NCBI GenBank assembly: GCA_950097015.1
Contig: CATNEN010000010.1
Coordinates: 2,046,001-2,110,000, forward strand
Origin: Macrostomum hystrix
Lineage: Eukaryota; Animalia; Platyhelminthes
Length of the DNA stretch: 64,000 nucleotides
Direction of reading: 5' to 3'
Part shown: positions 36,401 through 49,076 of the stretch, in pieces
Layout: each line of letters starts with the position of its first letter
Position numbering within the stretch: the first letter of the stretch is position 1
Program-made: the position numbers and the translations under genes
The notes under the pieces: model-generated
Told to the model about the DNA's origin: nothing
What the model saw: only the letters and a program-made list of their open reading frames with translations
Databases searched by the model: none

Positions 36401-39400
36401 TCATCGTGGACGTTCTGTAAAAATTCGTGGAAGTGATACTTTTCAGATTGTGATTGCGAGGGCCGACATGTAGAAAATTATTTTTATTTGCTACATAGTT
36501 CAGAATCCCAGAAGACACTCAATGATAAAGGCCAAATGGCGATCCAAAGCGCCTTCTGACCTGATATCCAAGGACTACAATTTCAATGTGCAATACTTTA
36601 TAACCGGCTAGGTGCGCAGAAAGCTGCATCACCGAAGCAAGCGGAAAGACAACGCCACTTTGAAGTGGAGTGCGAATAGAAGAGGAATTAGGAAACTAAG
36701 CGAAAATTAAAATCGAGCATTGATTCGAGGAATCGAACGAGAAAGGGATTAGAATCTGCCGAGGAATCGCATGAATATTTTACGACACGCAGAGCACTGA
36801 CCAGGTTCGGAGGTGGGGTGGGCGAGTTGAAATCGCCGCCGACAATCGATGCAGCTGACGAATTCTGATCAGCCGAACTCTGCCTACTCAAACTTGAGAA
36901 CTGCTGGCGATGCTGCTGCTGCTGCTGCCGCCGCGGTCCTGGTTGAGTGGCCATCTGCGGCCGAATCGCAGGCTGCTGAAGTGTCAGCGCACTCGGTTGG
37001 CTAAGTTGCTGCAATTGGATAGCAAAAATATATTTCAGATCCCACATCCAGATCCCAAACCCACCTCAGCGATCTTCTCCACCCTCAAGGATCCTCTCCA
37101 CCCTCAAGGATCTTCTCCACCCTCAAAGATCTTCTCCACCCTCAAGGATCTTCTCCACCCTCAGGGATCTTCTCCACCCTCAGGGATCTTCTTCACCCTC
37201 AGGGATCTTCTCCACCCTCAGGGATCTTCTTCACCCTCAGGGATCTTCGTCACCCTCAAGGATCTTCTCCACCCTCAAGGATCTTCTCCACCCTCAAGGA
37301 TCTTCTCCACCCCTCAGTGATCATCTCCACCCCTCAGTGATCTTCTCCACCCCTCGGGGATCTTCTCCACCCTCAGAGATCTTCTTCATCCCTCAGGGAT
37401 TTTCTACACACTCAGCGAGTTTTACTGCCCACAGAGAGAACACTAGGGGATACTTTTCAGGGAAATCTTTTGTATCTCTGCGAGTGAAAGGAAAGAAGGT
37501 TGCAAGAGGAAGCATTTTCTAATGCACTTGTGCAGATTAAAATTTCTGAAGGTCTCGATTTCAACTGAATGCTACGGAGTAATGATCGGAAAAGCTTCCA
37601 AAGCCCCGAAGTCTGATAGACAATAGAGCGCAGATCATTGCTGGCTACACTGGCCAGCGGGTTGCCATAAACACGCAGCAACATAGTATCCAAGCAATTA
37701 GCCACCCAATACAAGCGGAGGCCCTAAATTTGGCAGGCCATATTAGTTCAAGCAGATTCTGATCAGCTTGGCACTGGGGTTAGAAGGGATATAGAGAGAA
37801 GACAGACGATAGAAAAAAGAGAGGAACAATCAAAAGGTAAATTAGAGACAGGAGAAATGGCTGCCCTAGATGGACATGGCCACTGAGGGGGACCGAGAAA
37901 CAAAGTATACTGTTAAAAAACGAAGGGTTGAAAGAAGTGCTAAGATGGAGATGAAGGGGGAAGGGTAGGGTCGGAGAGCAGGTGAAGGGAGGAGGAAGGG
38001 AATGGGCGGAGAGCAGGTGAAGGGAGGAGGAAGGGAAGGGGCGGAGAGCAGGTGAAGGGAGGAGGAAGGGAGGGGGCGGAGAGCAGGTGATGGGAGGAGG
38101 AAGGGAATGGGCGGAGAGCAGGTGAAGGGAGGAGGAAGGGAAGGGGCGGAGAGCAGGTGAAGGGAGGAGGAAGGGAGGGGGCGGAGAGCAGGTGAAGGGA
38201 GGAGGAAGGGAAGGGGTGGAGAGCAGGTGAAGGGAGGAGGAAGGGAAGGGGCGGAGAGCAGGTGAAGGGAGGAGGAAGGGAAGGGGCGGAGAGCAGGTGA
38301 AGGGAGGAGGAAGGGAAGGGGCGGAGAGCAGGTGAAGGGAGGAGGAAGGGAAGGGGCGGAGAGCAGGTGAAGGGAGGAGGAAGGGAAGGGGCGGAGAGCA
38401 GGTGAAGGGAGGAGGAAGGGAAGGGGCGGAGAGCAGGTGAAGGGAGGAGGAAGGGAGGGGGCGGAGAGCAGGTGAAGGGAGGAGGAAGGGAAGGGGTGGA
38501 GAGCAGGTGAAGGGAGGAGGAAGGGAAGGGGTGGAGAGCAGGTGAAGGGAGGAGGAAGGGAAGGGGCGGAGAGCAGGTGAAGGGAGGAGGAAGGGAGGGG
38601 GCGGAGAGCAGGTGAAGGGAGGAGGAAGGGAAGGGGTGGAGAGCAGGTGAAGGGAGGAGGAAGGGAGGGGGCGGAGAGCAGGTGAAGGGAGGAGGAAGGG
38701 AAGGGGCGGAGAGCAGGTGAAGGGAGGAGGAAGGGAAGGGGCGGAGAGCAGGTGAAGGGAGGAGGAAGGGAAGGGTCGGAGAGCAAGTTATGCGGTAATC
38801 GGGCCAGTTGACCAGACACACACGGTGACAGGCCAGTTGTCACGAGTCAAACTGAATGAGTGAATGGCAAGCCAGAAATTGGCATGCAGGGAAGGCAGCA
38901 AGCCGTGCACTTGTGCAGACCAAAAGCATTCCTTCCTGATAATCAGGCCTGTCCCCAAGCGCCCAGACGCGCACAAGCACAGCGCGTGCACATGCGAGTA
39001 CATAGGTGCAGCACATAGAGTCAGTAGGGCAGGGATAGTGAGTGGTGAATCAGGAATTGCAGCAAATTGTAGCCTAGGAGACAAACCGTGCAGTGACACA
39101 AAAATGCCAGCAGGGATATCATCCAACAGGGATACAAATGGCTAAATCTTTAAAAGCATGGCCGAATGGGACATTGCGAACTGTTCCCAGCACAGATGAA
39201 TCCTCCTCCATGTGAGACTTTCTCCACTCCACAAAGGGAAGGGAAAATGCACTTTTGCATGGAGGGCTGTGCGCACTGGGATCGGCTGTCTGGCCAAACA
39301 GCCTGCTTTTTTTGCTTTTCTTTTAAACAAACAAACTCCCCATTCTTTGCTTTCGCTGCTTCAACTTACTAACTTCATCTAACTTAACGAAGCTTTTATC

Positions 39401-42400
39401 CCACAGCTAACCTACCGAACGATCTACACTGCTGCATCTACCCCACAGCTAACCTACCGAATGATCTACACTGCTGTATCTACCCCACAGCTAACCTACC
39501 GAATGATCTACACTGCTGTATCTACCCCACAGCTAACCTACCGAATGATCTACACTGCTGTATCTACCCCACAGCTAACCTACCGAACGATCTACACTGC
39601 TGTATCTACCCCACAGCTAACCTACCGAATGATCTACACTGCTGTATCTACCCCACAGCTAACCTACCGAACGATCTACACTGCTGTATCTACCCCACAG
39701 CTAACCTACCGAATGATCTACACTGCTGTATCTACCCCACAGCTAACCTACCGAATGATCTACACTGCTGTATCTACCCCACAGCTAACCTACCGAATGA
39801 TCTACACTGCTGTATCTACCCCACAGCTAACCTACCGAATGATCTACACTGCTGTATCTACCCCACAGCTAACCTACCGAATGATCTACACTGCTGTATC
39901 TACCCCACAGCTAACCTACCGAATGATCTACACTGCTGTATCTACCCCACAGCTAACCTACCGAATGATCTACACTGCTGCATCTACCCCACAGCTAACC
40001 CACCGAATGATCTACACTGCTGCATCTACCCCACAGCTACCCTACCCAATCTACTCTGCTGCATCTACCCCACAGCTACCCTACCCAATCTACTCTGCTG
40101 CATCTACCCCACAGCTACCCTACCCAATCTACTCTGCTGCATCTACCCCACAGCTAACATACTCTAGCCGACTCACCCTGGCTACAGGTGACTGCGGTTG
40201 CTCCGGCTGCAGCAGCAGTGTGCGCTGGCTCTGATAGGCCGGCACGGGCGACTGGCCCTCCGTGATGCTCAGCGACTGCAGGTCAGGCTGAATTGGATAG
40301 GTGTGGTATACTCTTTGAGGCCTAACATAGACTTCAGGCACTACCAAAATTTCATCTCAGACTTCAGGCACTACCAAAATCTCATCTCAGACTTCAGGCA
40401 CTACCAAAATCTCATCTCAGACTTCAGGCACTACCAAAATCTCATCTCAGACTTCAGGCACTACCAAAATCTCATTTCAGACTTCAGCTACTACCAAAAT
40501 CTCGTTTCAGACTTCAGCTACTACCAAAATCTCATTTCAGACTTCAGGCACTACCAAAATCTCATCTCAGACTTCAGGCACTACCAAAATCTCATCTCAG
40601 ACTTCAGGCACTACCAAAATCTCATCTCAGACTTCGGGCACTACCAAAATCTCATCTCAGACTTCAGGCACTACCAAAATCTCATCTCAGACTTCGGGCA
40701 CTACCAAAATCTCATCTCAGACTTCGGGCACTACCAAAATCTCATCTCAGACTTCGGGCACTACCAAAATCTCATCTCAGACTTCAGGCACTACCAAAAT
40801 CTCATCTCAGACTTCGGGCACTACCAAAATCTCATCTCAGACTTCAGGCACTACCAAAATCTCATCTCAGACTTCAGGCACTACGACAAAATCAGATGTT
40901 GGACTTGGCACCACCGAGAACCCACAACTTTATGTGACAGTGCTTTTCTTTCGCGGTCTAACCTCAGCCCCGCTGCTTCCAAATCCGCCGCCGCCGCCTT
41001 GAGTATAGGGCTCGGGCAGGTCGCCCAGTTGAGCAGTCTCACAGTTGTAATTGTACATAAGGTGAGGCGGTGTGGTGCCCTGATAGCGGCCGGCATAGCC
41101 GGGCGGAGCCTCGCAGTGCAGCAGGTACTGGCACATGTGGGTGAAGGTCTCTCCATCGGCTGGTTCATTGGCGTATATCTCCAGGCCGTACTCACCTGAG
41201 ATTGTGTGTGTGAGCAGGACTGGTTGGTTCACACTAATTGCAGCTTCTATCACACACCAAGCCAATCAGATGCGCAAAGCTGGTCAGAGATTAATAAATT
41301 AGCAAAATAGTGAGAACAACATTGAGTAAAACTACATCGATGTATATAGTACAGAATGTATATAAAACAGTAACCATTAATTAAAAACATTACCAAACTA
41401 ATCGACTCGGTTACCTGAACATTGGGGTGGGCTTCGAGTTTCCTGTAGCATAGAAAAAAATGGAATCCAGTTGAGTTACAGTGATTTGACTGCAAACCTA
41501 AAGCTCACATGCACAGATGCCTTGGAAACTGCAAAATTAGATTTCATGCAAAACTCATCGAGATATACTATAGCATGCTTGTGAGTAACTGACTAACAGC
41601 CTTGAGTAAAGACTTTTGTACTAGAAAACTTGAAGTTTATATGCTTCAATGTTATAAATGAAAATCACAATTGCTGTTTCAGTCCATACAATGGAAGTCT
41701 ATGCCCCTAGGTTTCGGCATAGAAATAAAAGGAAACCCAATATATCTGTACAATAATCTGTTCACTTAAGTACAAACCTCTTGGTTAAAAGTAAAACAAT
41801 CTATTACTTAATTAAATTAATCTGAGATGACTGAAAACATCATGTAGGTAAATATAAAAACGATATAGTAGGTCACGAAATTACAAAATCTAGGCCTCTA
41901 AAGTACACTAAAAAACGCCACTAAAGTACACTCATCTAGACCACTAAAGTACACTCATCTAGGCCACTAAAGTACACTCATCTAGGCCACTAAAGTACAC
42001 TCATCTAGGCCACTAAAGTACACTCATCTAGGTCACTAAAGTACACTCATCTAGGCCACTTAAGTACACTCATATAGGCCACTAAAGTACACACATATAG
42101 GCTACTAAAGTACACTCATATAGGCTACTAAAGTACACTCATCTAGGCCACTAAATTACACTCATATAGGCTACTAAAGTACACTCATCTAGGCCACTAA
42201 AGTACAAGAATTTAAGTTTGAAAGCCCCAAGGCGTGACTGACCCGGCTCTGGCAGGCTGATCTGAAACGTAGTTTGGCTGGGCGTCTCGAACTGCCTGCA
42301 GTGCTGGTCCAGCGCGTCCTCATCGAAGCCGTTGCGTCGCAACTTGGCCAGCAGGCGGACGTCCCGGCGAGACCGACGGAAGTATAGCTGGGCCTGGCCG

Positions 42401-45093
42401 TTGACCGAGTTGAGCACGCCGTCCTTGTGAGAGGCCGCGAGTCCGTAGCGCTCCGTGTGCAGGCCGGGGCCCCAGTTGGAGTCGTGACAGCTGGGGAACG
42501 GCATGGCGTCAGCAGCCGGCTCATCGCAGTTGATCCGGTATTCGCAGGCGGCTCTGTGCGGGTCGGCGACAGGGGCGACGCTGGATTCTTCATCTAGGAT
42601 CCCTAATGCCGAAAATCCCAAATCCCATAAAACACCGATGAACTCCCTAAACAGTAAAAAGACTACGCAGATTTTCTTCACGATACTCCCAAACCGAATG
42701 ACCGATTTTCGTGAAGGTCTTTCCACTTTAAACGTTGATCCAAAACTCTGAAAATCTAGTTTACATTTTTCAGGTACCAGAATTCGCTGTGATAGAAGTT
42801 TAGGTGGGTGTGACGGCCCCCAGTCCATGGACTGAACAGCTAGCCGTTACGAATTCGATAAGCGCCCTCACCTGTAGGTCGTCTCGAGTCCCGAATGACT
42901 CTCGCCGGCAACAGCGGCCTCCTGAGCGTACACAGTGAGGTAATAGTGGCCCACAGCCGGCAGACGGAAGTAGAACTGAATCTGATCCCTGCCGGTCTCC
43001 TGCAGGACGAACGATTTCAAATCGACGCCCCGCCAGACCTCATTGAGCTCGTCGCCATGGGCCAGCCGGTAGGTGAAGCCGGCACCGGGCCTACCGTAGC
43101 CAAGGGCCATCTGCAGCTTGCCCTCGCGAGTGTAGAGCACACCGTGAGTAGCCTGCTCAAATGACATGCCGCATTTGAAGAATTGCGATTTGGTCAGCGG
43201 CAGGTCTTCGAACTGGTCGAGAGTCAGGGGCCGCCGCAGCAGCTGCCAGAGCGGATCCTCCGGGTAGTGGCTGTACACAGCCTGCTGCGGCTCCGTCATG
43301 AAGTAGAAGTCGTCATATTCGTACACCAGATTCTCAGGCGCATTGCGCTCCGAGCTGAGGTAGCGCATTGCCCAGTGAACGTCAACTAGTTGCCAGGCGC
43401 CGTCAATGCTGATCGCGTTCCACGAGTGATTGTGCGGCTGGTCTCGGAAGCGGCAGCCGGGCCGGTACTCCACTCCCTTGGCGTAGCCGGACAGGGTGAC
43501 GCAGTTCAGGCCGGCGAAGCTGCACAGCAGCTCGTAGACGCGAGCGAAGGTGCCGCGTCTGGGGCCGCATAAAAGAACAATGGGATCAGCGTTTGCTGCT
43601 TGTATTTGGTGATAGAGCGAGATCAAAAGCGATTCAAGAGGGATAATCAAGGTTACGTCGAATAGAATCAGAGGGATGTCAGATTGATTTAAACAAAGGT
43701 CAGACAGAAACGGAGAAAGATTAAATGTAATCACATGAAAGCTTTGATGAAATCAAGGAAGGCCAGTTGGAATCGAAGGAAGGTTGGATGGAATCGAAGG
43801 AAGATCAGATAGAATCGAAGGAAGTTCTGATGGAATCGAAGGAAGATCAGATGGAATCGAAGGAAGATCAGATGAGATGGAATCGAAGGAAGATCTGATG
43901 GAATCGAAGGAAGATCTGATGGAATCGAAGGAAGATCAGATGGAATCGAAGGAAGATCTGATGGAATCGATGGAATATCAGATGGAATCGATGGAAGATC
44001 TGATGGAATCGAGGCGGCAGCGCACCTGTAGTTGGTAAGGAAAGCCTCCGGGGAGCCGCGCTCGGCGCTGGCGAACTGCAGCCGGCGCATGTCCTTGGAT
44101 GTCATCCAGCGGAAGATGACGCGCGCCCGCTCCAGCTCTGACAGACGCAGCCGGTAGACCAGATCCCACATCAGGTCGCGAAAGCCGGGGTGATCACGCC
44201 GGCTTACCTAGGAGAGTGACATCTCGTGAATATAGGCCTATTTTAATTGAGGAGGGTCGATGTTTTCAAGGATAACATTAGGGTTTGAAATCCTAGTGGG
44301 TAGCGCACATAGGGACTTACAGTCTCAAGGGATTTTACAGGCACGAAATTTGAATCCACATTGGATTCCATACGCTTGGATTTCAAATCCCGGTTAGTTC
44401 TACAGGTAAAGGATTCGAAATTTTAAGAGGCTCTGCAGGTATATTGGATAATGCATACTATGTACTGATAATGATCCTGAATTCGGAGGTAAAATATTTG
44501 AAATCACTTAAGAGGGAATTAGAGATCCCAAGAATATTTGAAATCCCAAGGAGCTTTGGAAATTCCAAGAAGATAGGAAATCCCATGATATTTGAAAACC
44601 AAATGATGGTTTAAATCCCAATTATATTGAATAGTGGAAATCCCAAAGATATTGGAAATTCAAATGACACGGGAATATCAAGACTTAAACAAGTACAGAA
44701 TTAAAATAATTGAGGACCACAATCTTGGGAGTTTACAGTTCCCATAAAATTTTATTTATAGGACTTAAAATATTAGAATACACATACTAAGGATAAAAAA
44801 ATCAAGAATAGAAGCCAGGATTTTCGATCCTAAGAATCCCTGTGATCAAAGCATCACCAAATCCAGACCCAACTCAATACCTCGATAGCGTGCTCATCGA
44901 TAGTAGCGAACACCTTGGGATCGTCATAGACCTGGTGCTTTAAGAAGTGTGGCGGTGTTGGCTGCGGAGTTTTGTCCACAAACTGTGGCCCGAGGCTGAA
45001 TGAGTCCGGAGCACGGTGCCAGCTCATGGCCAGGCCGTGTGTTGGCTGGAGTGCCAAATAAGTAACTGCAGCTAAATTGTGCATTGTGGCCAT
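27412..45093 (-). CDS. Hillarin / kyphoscoliosis-peptidase (KY)-like protein with two transglutaminase-like modules; exons 45093-44881, 44207-44026, 43558-42872, 42553-42243, 41195-40963, 40287-40177, 37008-36802, 36414-36318, 33968-33513, 32803-32362, 31446-31209, 29612-29382, 29138-28305, 27630-27412
   Basis: Module 1: [62 protein letters not shown]. Module 2: [40 protein letters not shown]. All junctions are GT-AG and in phase. The three low-complexity linker exons and the start codon are less certain; no LIM exon was found. Confidence 0.88.
27841..28145 (+). mobile_element. tRNA-derived SINE, family A (fullest body), in the last hillarin-like intron
   Basis: TGGCAGAGCGG A-box; GAGCTCGAT; body nearly identical in stretches to copies 1 and 2. 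Confidence 0.75.
29672..31200. repeat. 21-bp minisatellite, two subfamilies (AGTCTACTCTAAACCAGAGCC; AGTCCAACCTAAACCAGARCC)
   Basis: About 70 copies filling intron 31208-29613. Confidence 0.96.
31912..32262. repeat. 18-bp minisatellite (ATCCCATCTTTAACTCAG)
   Basis: About 19 perfect copies. Confidence 0.96.
32835..33383. repeat. 21-bp minisatellite (GTGTGAATAGCAGGGTATTGG)
   Basis: About 26 copies. Confidence 0.95.
34068..34250. repeat. 15-bp minisatellite (GATATGGGATCAGAG)
   Basis: About 12 copies. Confidence 0.93.
34965..36100. repeat. ~20-bp minisatellite (CTGTAGTCCCTARTCCTNTY)
   Basis: About 55 variable copies. Confidence 0.93.
37068..37400. repeat. 19-bp minisatellite (ATCTTCTCCACCCTCARGG)
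   Basis: About 17 copies. Confidence 0.9.
37958..38785. repeat. 35-bp polypurine minisatellite (GGAGAGCAGGTGAAGGGAGGAGGAAGGGAAGGGGC)
   Basis: About 23 copies, over 85% purine on the plus strand. Confidence 0.96.
39400..40158. repeat. 42-bp minisatellite (ATCTACACTGCTGTATCTACCCCACAGCTAACCTACCGAATG), shorter variant at the right end
   Basis: About 18 copies. Confidence 0.95.
40328..40884. repeat. 30-bp minisatellite (AGACTTCRGGCACTACCAAAATCTCATCTC)
   Basis: About 18 copies. Confidence 0.95.
41918..42205. repeat. 23-bp minisatellite (CACTAAAGTACACTCATCTAGGC)
   Basis: About 12 copies. Confidence 0.92.
43778..44012. repeat. 21-bp minisatellite (GATGGAATCGAAGGAAGATCW)
   Basis: About 11 copies starting 13 nt from the donor at 44025. 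Confidence 0.9.
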
Positions 45094-45915
45094 GGCAGTG
45101 CAAGTTTTTGTAACTCAATAACTAAATCTTATTTAAATAGCCTAACTTCAGAAGTAAAACAGAACCTACATAAAGTAGGCAAGTCAAGTATTAAGTACCG
45201 ATATTATTATAAAGGTAAGTGTTGCAAATCATAAGCATGTGTAATAAATTAGGAATATTTATAAAAATGTTTTTTCTTCTTAATAAATTGTAATAGTTCG
45301 AATTTTTTAATAGTTTAATTTAACTTTAAGTTTATAATAATAACCTAACATGCCTGATGTCCATATTGCTCATGACCATACTAGTCTGGAAAAACGTTGG
45401 ACATGGTCAGGTGTTGCCTACCAAATTTATATTTAGTGTGTTTGGTGTGTACTTGCATATAATTGAATTCTTGGAATGCACACTTAGTGCTCAAGGCAAG
45501 TATAATAATCAGCTATGGGCACTAAGAGCATTAAAATGTTCATTTGGTTAACAAAGTAAATGAAATTGAAGCGTGTTAAGAATGGCAGTTAGAAATATTT
45601 TTACAATATAACAATAAAAAGTTAGTTTTGCATAAGTACAATAAGGTTACTCAAGTCAATTTGTGTTACCCCAATTGTTCTTAGATTTATTTCGAGATAG
45701 ATAATACTAACAAAGTGTCCTTTTTAGAAATGTACAAGTATCAATTACTAAAAACGTGGCATTTCAACTTTCTAGGCTTAGTGTCATTATAAAATCTTAA
45801 GATAATTTTGGGTATATTGGTTGTTTTGGTTATGTGGTTATAAAATTTTGTTTGCTCTTTAGTACAATTACAATTTTTTAAAAGTGAAAATGAATCTTTC
45901 TTTACTATATATAAA

Positions 45916-46170
45916 CTGAGGTTAGGGCGTTGGACTCCCAACTTGAAGGTCGAGGGTTCGATTCCCAACTCCACTGGAACAATTTGTGTGCTTTAGCAAG
46001 ACACTTAACTCTGCATTGGTTCAGTTCACCTAGCTGTTAAATGGGTACCAGCATCAGCTGGGATAATTGAAGGTGGGTGTGGCATCCCCCCAGTCCATGG
46101 ACTGAAAAGCTGTACACAGCCTTCAGATGTGCCGCACAATGGCTGCGGCTGCACATCTGGCTGCACATCT
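45916..46170 (+). mobile_element. tRNA-derived SINE, family B (5' end truncated or degenerate)
   Basis: GGGTTCGATTCC B-box after an anticodon-arm-like segment; GTGTGCTTTAGCAAGACACTTAAC and CCTAGCTGTTAAATGGGTACC resemble conserved central domains of metazoan SINEs; a 3' segment recurs at about 42800-42842. Confidence 0.6.
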
Positions 46171-46453
46171 GCACATAAACTGACAAATAGAATTTGTTTA
46201 GTAATAGGCAAGGTATGAAAGAAAGCAGTGTGATTGAATTCAATAGGACTCTTATTAAGTTATTTTTTATTTATTTATTTTCTTTATTACTACTTATTAC
46301 TTATTACTGAGCAGTCTGCTTCAATCTCTGCTTCAGCTTTGGAACTTAAATTTTAATGTGAATCATTTCTGGAGCTTGAGTTGAGCTTCTGAGACTTCTA
46401 GTCACTAATCAACTAGTGACTCGAGCCTGTATATTTGAATCAATAAACAAACA

Positions 46454-48818
46454 TTAACCCTCTGGTTAGATACAGTCCAGTGGATCCCAGAAGGGAATTT
46501 TTTAATTACATTGTAATGGAACTACTGAATATAATTGGCTCAAATTTTATGAGAATTTGTATATTTATACCATCTACAAGTGGGTGGAATTTTATGTCAA
46601 TCGGACTAACAGATCAAAAGTTGTTTGTAGTTATATTGTTCCAGACTTTTGGGGTCAAATGGACCCCACTGCATTGACTATATAAATTATACCTAAATAT
46701 GCTCGTAGAAGGGTGGTTCTTATCAAATGGGGCCATTAACATCATCCCAAAAACTATAAAAGGAGAAACAGGGAGGCCGAAAAATAAGGAAAGTAAATCT
46801 GTATAATATACCAGTTCACAACTTCCCAACTTTCAAGTTCACAATTTGACATAGAAAATGGCAAATGCCAGACCAACTCAAGCAGCCAAATCCACAGCAT
46901 TGAATTCCCTCCTTGGGACAGATATCCAAGTCCCAGATGCACAGGCTGATCTCAAAGATTCAGATGAATATGAAACCTTGTCTGACATTGCTGACAAAGA
47001 ACTTGAGGTCACACTTTCAGCGGAAAATGAAAGAGTGCGAGCTCCCAATCATAGTCACCCCAGCCTGAAGTGCAAGCAGAGCTAGGTGATGCTTCCTAGT
47101 GGTCAGGTGTGGCTCAAGAATGCTCCTCCCAGGTTTGGACAGCGCCAAGCACGCAACATTTTGCGCCTCCAGCCAGGCATCACGTAGTATGCAGCAGGAA
47201 GGATTCGGGACAAAGAATCATTGTTCAAAATGTTGTTCGATAATGATATGGTCAACACAATTATGATTGAGACAAACTGTGAAGCAGTCAGGGTGATTGG
47301 TCAAGTGTGGTCTGCGACTACACGTAAGGAAATATTCAGGTTCATCAGACTGTGCATTTTACATGGAGAGTTCAAAGGCAACACGGAAAGCATCGAGGAG
47401 CTATGGAGCCAAGAATGCAGATGCAAAATATTTTGAGTCAATGAGCCTGACACACTTAAAAAAATGTTGTTTTCTCCGTTTTGATAATCACAAAACTAGG
47501 ACAGCCCAATTGCAGCAGGACAAGCTTGCAGCAATCGGCTTACTGCTCGATGGTCTTGTTAGCAACTCACAGAAGAGCTTCAATCCATCTGGAACAGTAA
47601 TGATCAATGAACAACTGTTTTCCATACATAGGTCGCTGCCACTACATCCAGTACATGCCAATGAAGCCAGCAAAGTACGGCCTGAAATTCTGGTGCCTGA
47701 ATGATTCTGCTACAGCTTACTGCTGGAATTTTCAGATGTATACTGGACAAGATGAGGGCAGGGAGCTTAGCTTGGGTGAGCATGTTGTGCTAAGGCTAGC
47801 TGTAGGGCTTCGAGGTTCTGGAGTGGGCATTACCGTGGACAACTTTTTTGCTCACTCAACCTTGCCAGATGCCTGTTGCACTGGAACATCACTCTCCTTG
47901 GGAGCATGAGATTGCACAGGTGAGAAGTACCCTCGCAGATGAGAACTTGTCGAGGAAGGGAGCTTCACTCTACAGAATTTGTGCACACCAAAGAGGATCA
48001 GATTCAGCTAGCGACATACAAAGCCAAGCCGAACAAGGTCATCCTGATTCTCTCGAGCCAGCACAATAACCCAGATATATCAAACCATGCAGCTAACAAG
48101 CTGCATGGTAATCCTTAACTACAATGCAACCAAAGGGGGCACAGATTTGATGGATCAGATGACATCCTGCTACTCAACCAAGTACAAGTCAAGGCACTGG
48201 CATGTTGCAATGTTCTGTAACTTGCTCAACATTGCTTGCCTGAGCTCTTTTGTGCTACACCAGGCTGTCTTTCCAGCACATTTCAGAAATGCACTGCATT
48301 GACGAAGACTGTACTTGGTATCCCTTGGTGTGGCTTTGATGCTACCACTAAGGGCCCAGCAAGCTGCCAATCAAGCAGCTGCTGCATGCCCTCCTCACCA
48401 ACCTGCTGCTGCAGTTGCAAAAGGCAGATGTCACATGTGCAGTCAATCAGCTGATCACAAGACTTGGACACAGTGTTCCATTTGCCAGAAGTACTGCTGC
48501 ACTGAGCATCTACAAGGAGTTTGTATGTAATGCATGGGTGCCAACTTTAGTTCCACACATTCATAGCTATAAGTCAAATTTTCATCAAGATAAAAATCAT
48601 TTATTTTGTCAAAAAATATATCTATTTATAATATATTTCAGGTACATTTGAAAAATAACCATTCATTAAATCATTAATTGTTTCAATAACTAAGTAATGT
48701 CTAGTTAATAATAATTTATTAAATTAATAATAAATAAAATCCACAGGATAAATGTTAGGGTCCAATAGACCCCAAATATCACAAACGTAGTATTTTTTAT
48801 CAACAGTTTAAGGGTTAA
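46454..48818 (+). mobile_element. piggyBac transposon (decayed)
   Basis: TTAA|CCCT at 46454-46461 and AGGG|TTAA at 48811-48818; subterminal inverted repeat TTTGGGGTCAAATGGACCC (~46648) / GGGTCCAATAGACCCCAAA (~48758); internal transposase remnant. Confidence 0.85.
46858..48530 (+). pseudogene. piggyBac (PGBD4-like) transposase pseudogene
   Basis: Fragments in shifting frames: GRCHYIQYMPMKPAKYGLKFW, ITVDNFF, YNATKGGTDLMDQM, RHWHVAMF, C-terminal Cys-rich KGRCHMC...CSICQKYCCTEH. In-frame stops and frameshifts; the first catalytic Asp appears replaced (MINEQL). Confidence 0.9.
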
Positions 48819-49076
48819 TAGATTAAAAAATAATATGATTTGAAGTTCTCCCGATGAAACAGATAAAAAGACTATTTCATTTTTAACTTTACCTTTTTAA
48901 TGGAATAACAGACAAGACCACAGTCTTGTTCAAAATTAAGCCCATTATAGTTAATAATTATTGCTTTTTTAATTAACTCTAATAAACCTTGCTATTATAT
49001 TATATGAAACACAAGTTAACTTGCCTATCACTCAGAAATAATTATGGATGTGTAGCACTAAATTTACCTAATATTA

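Noticed and set aside
38788-39330. Short ORFs in the large hillarin-like intron
   Set aside because: No recognisable motifs, codon bias or convincing splice pair
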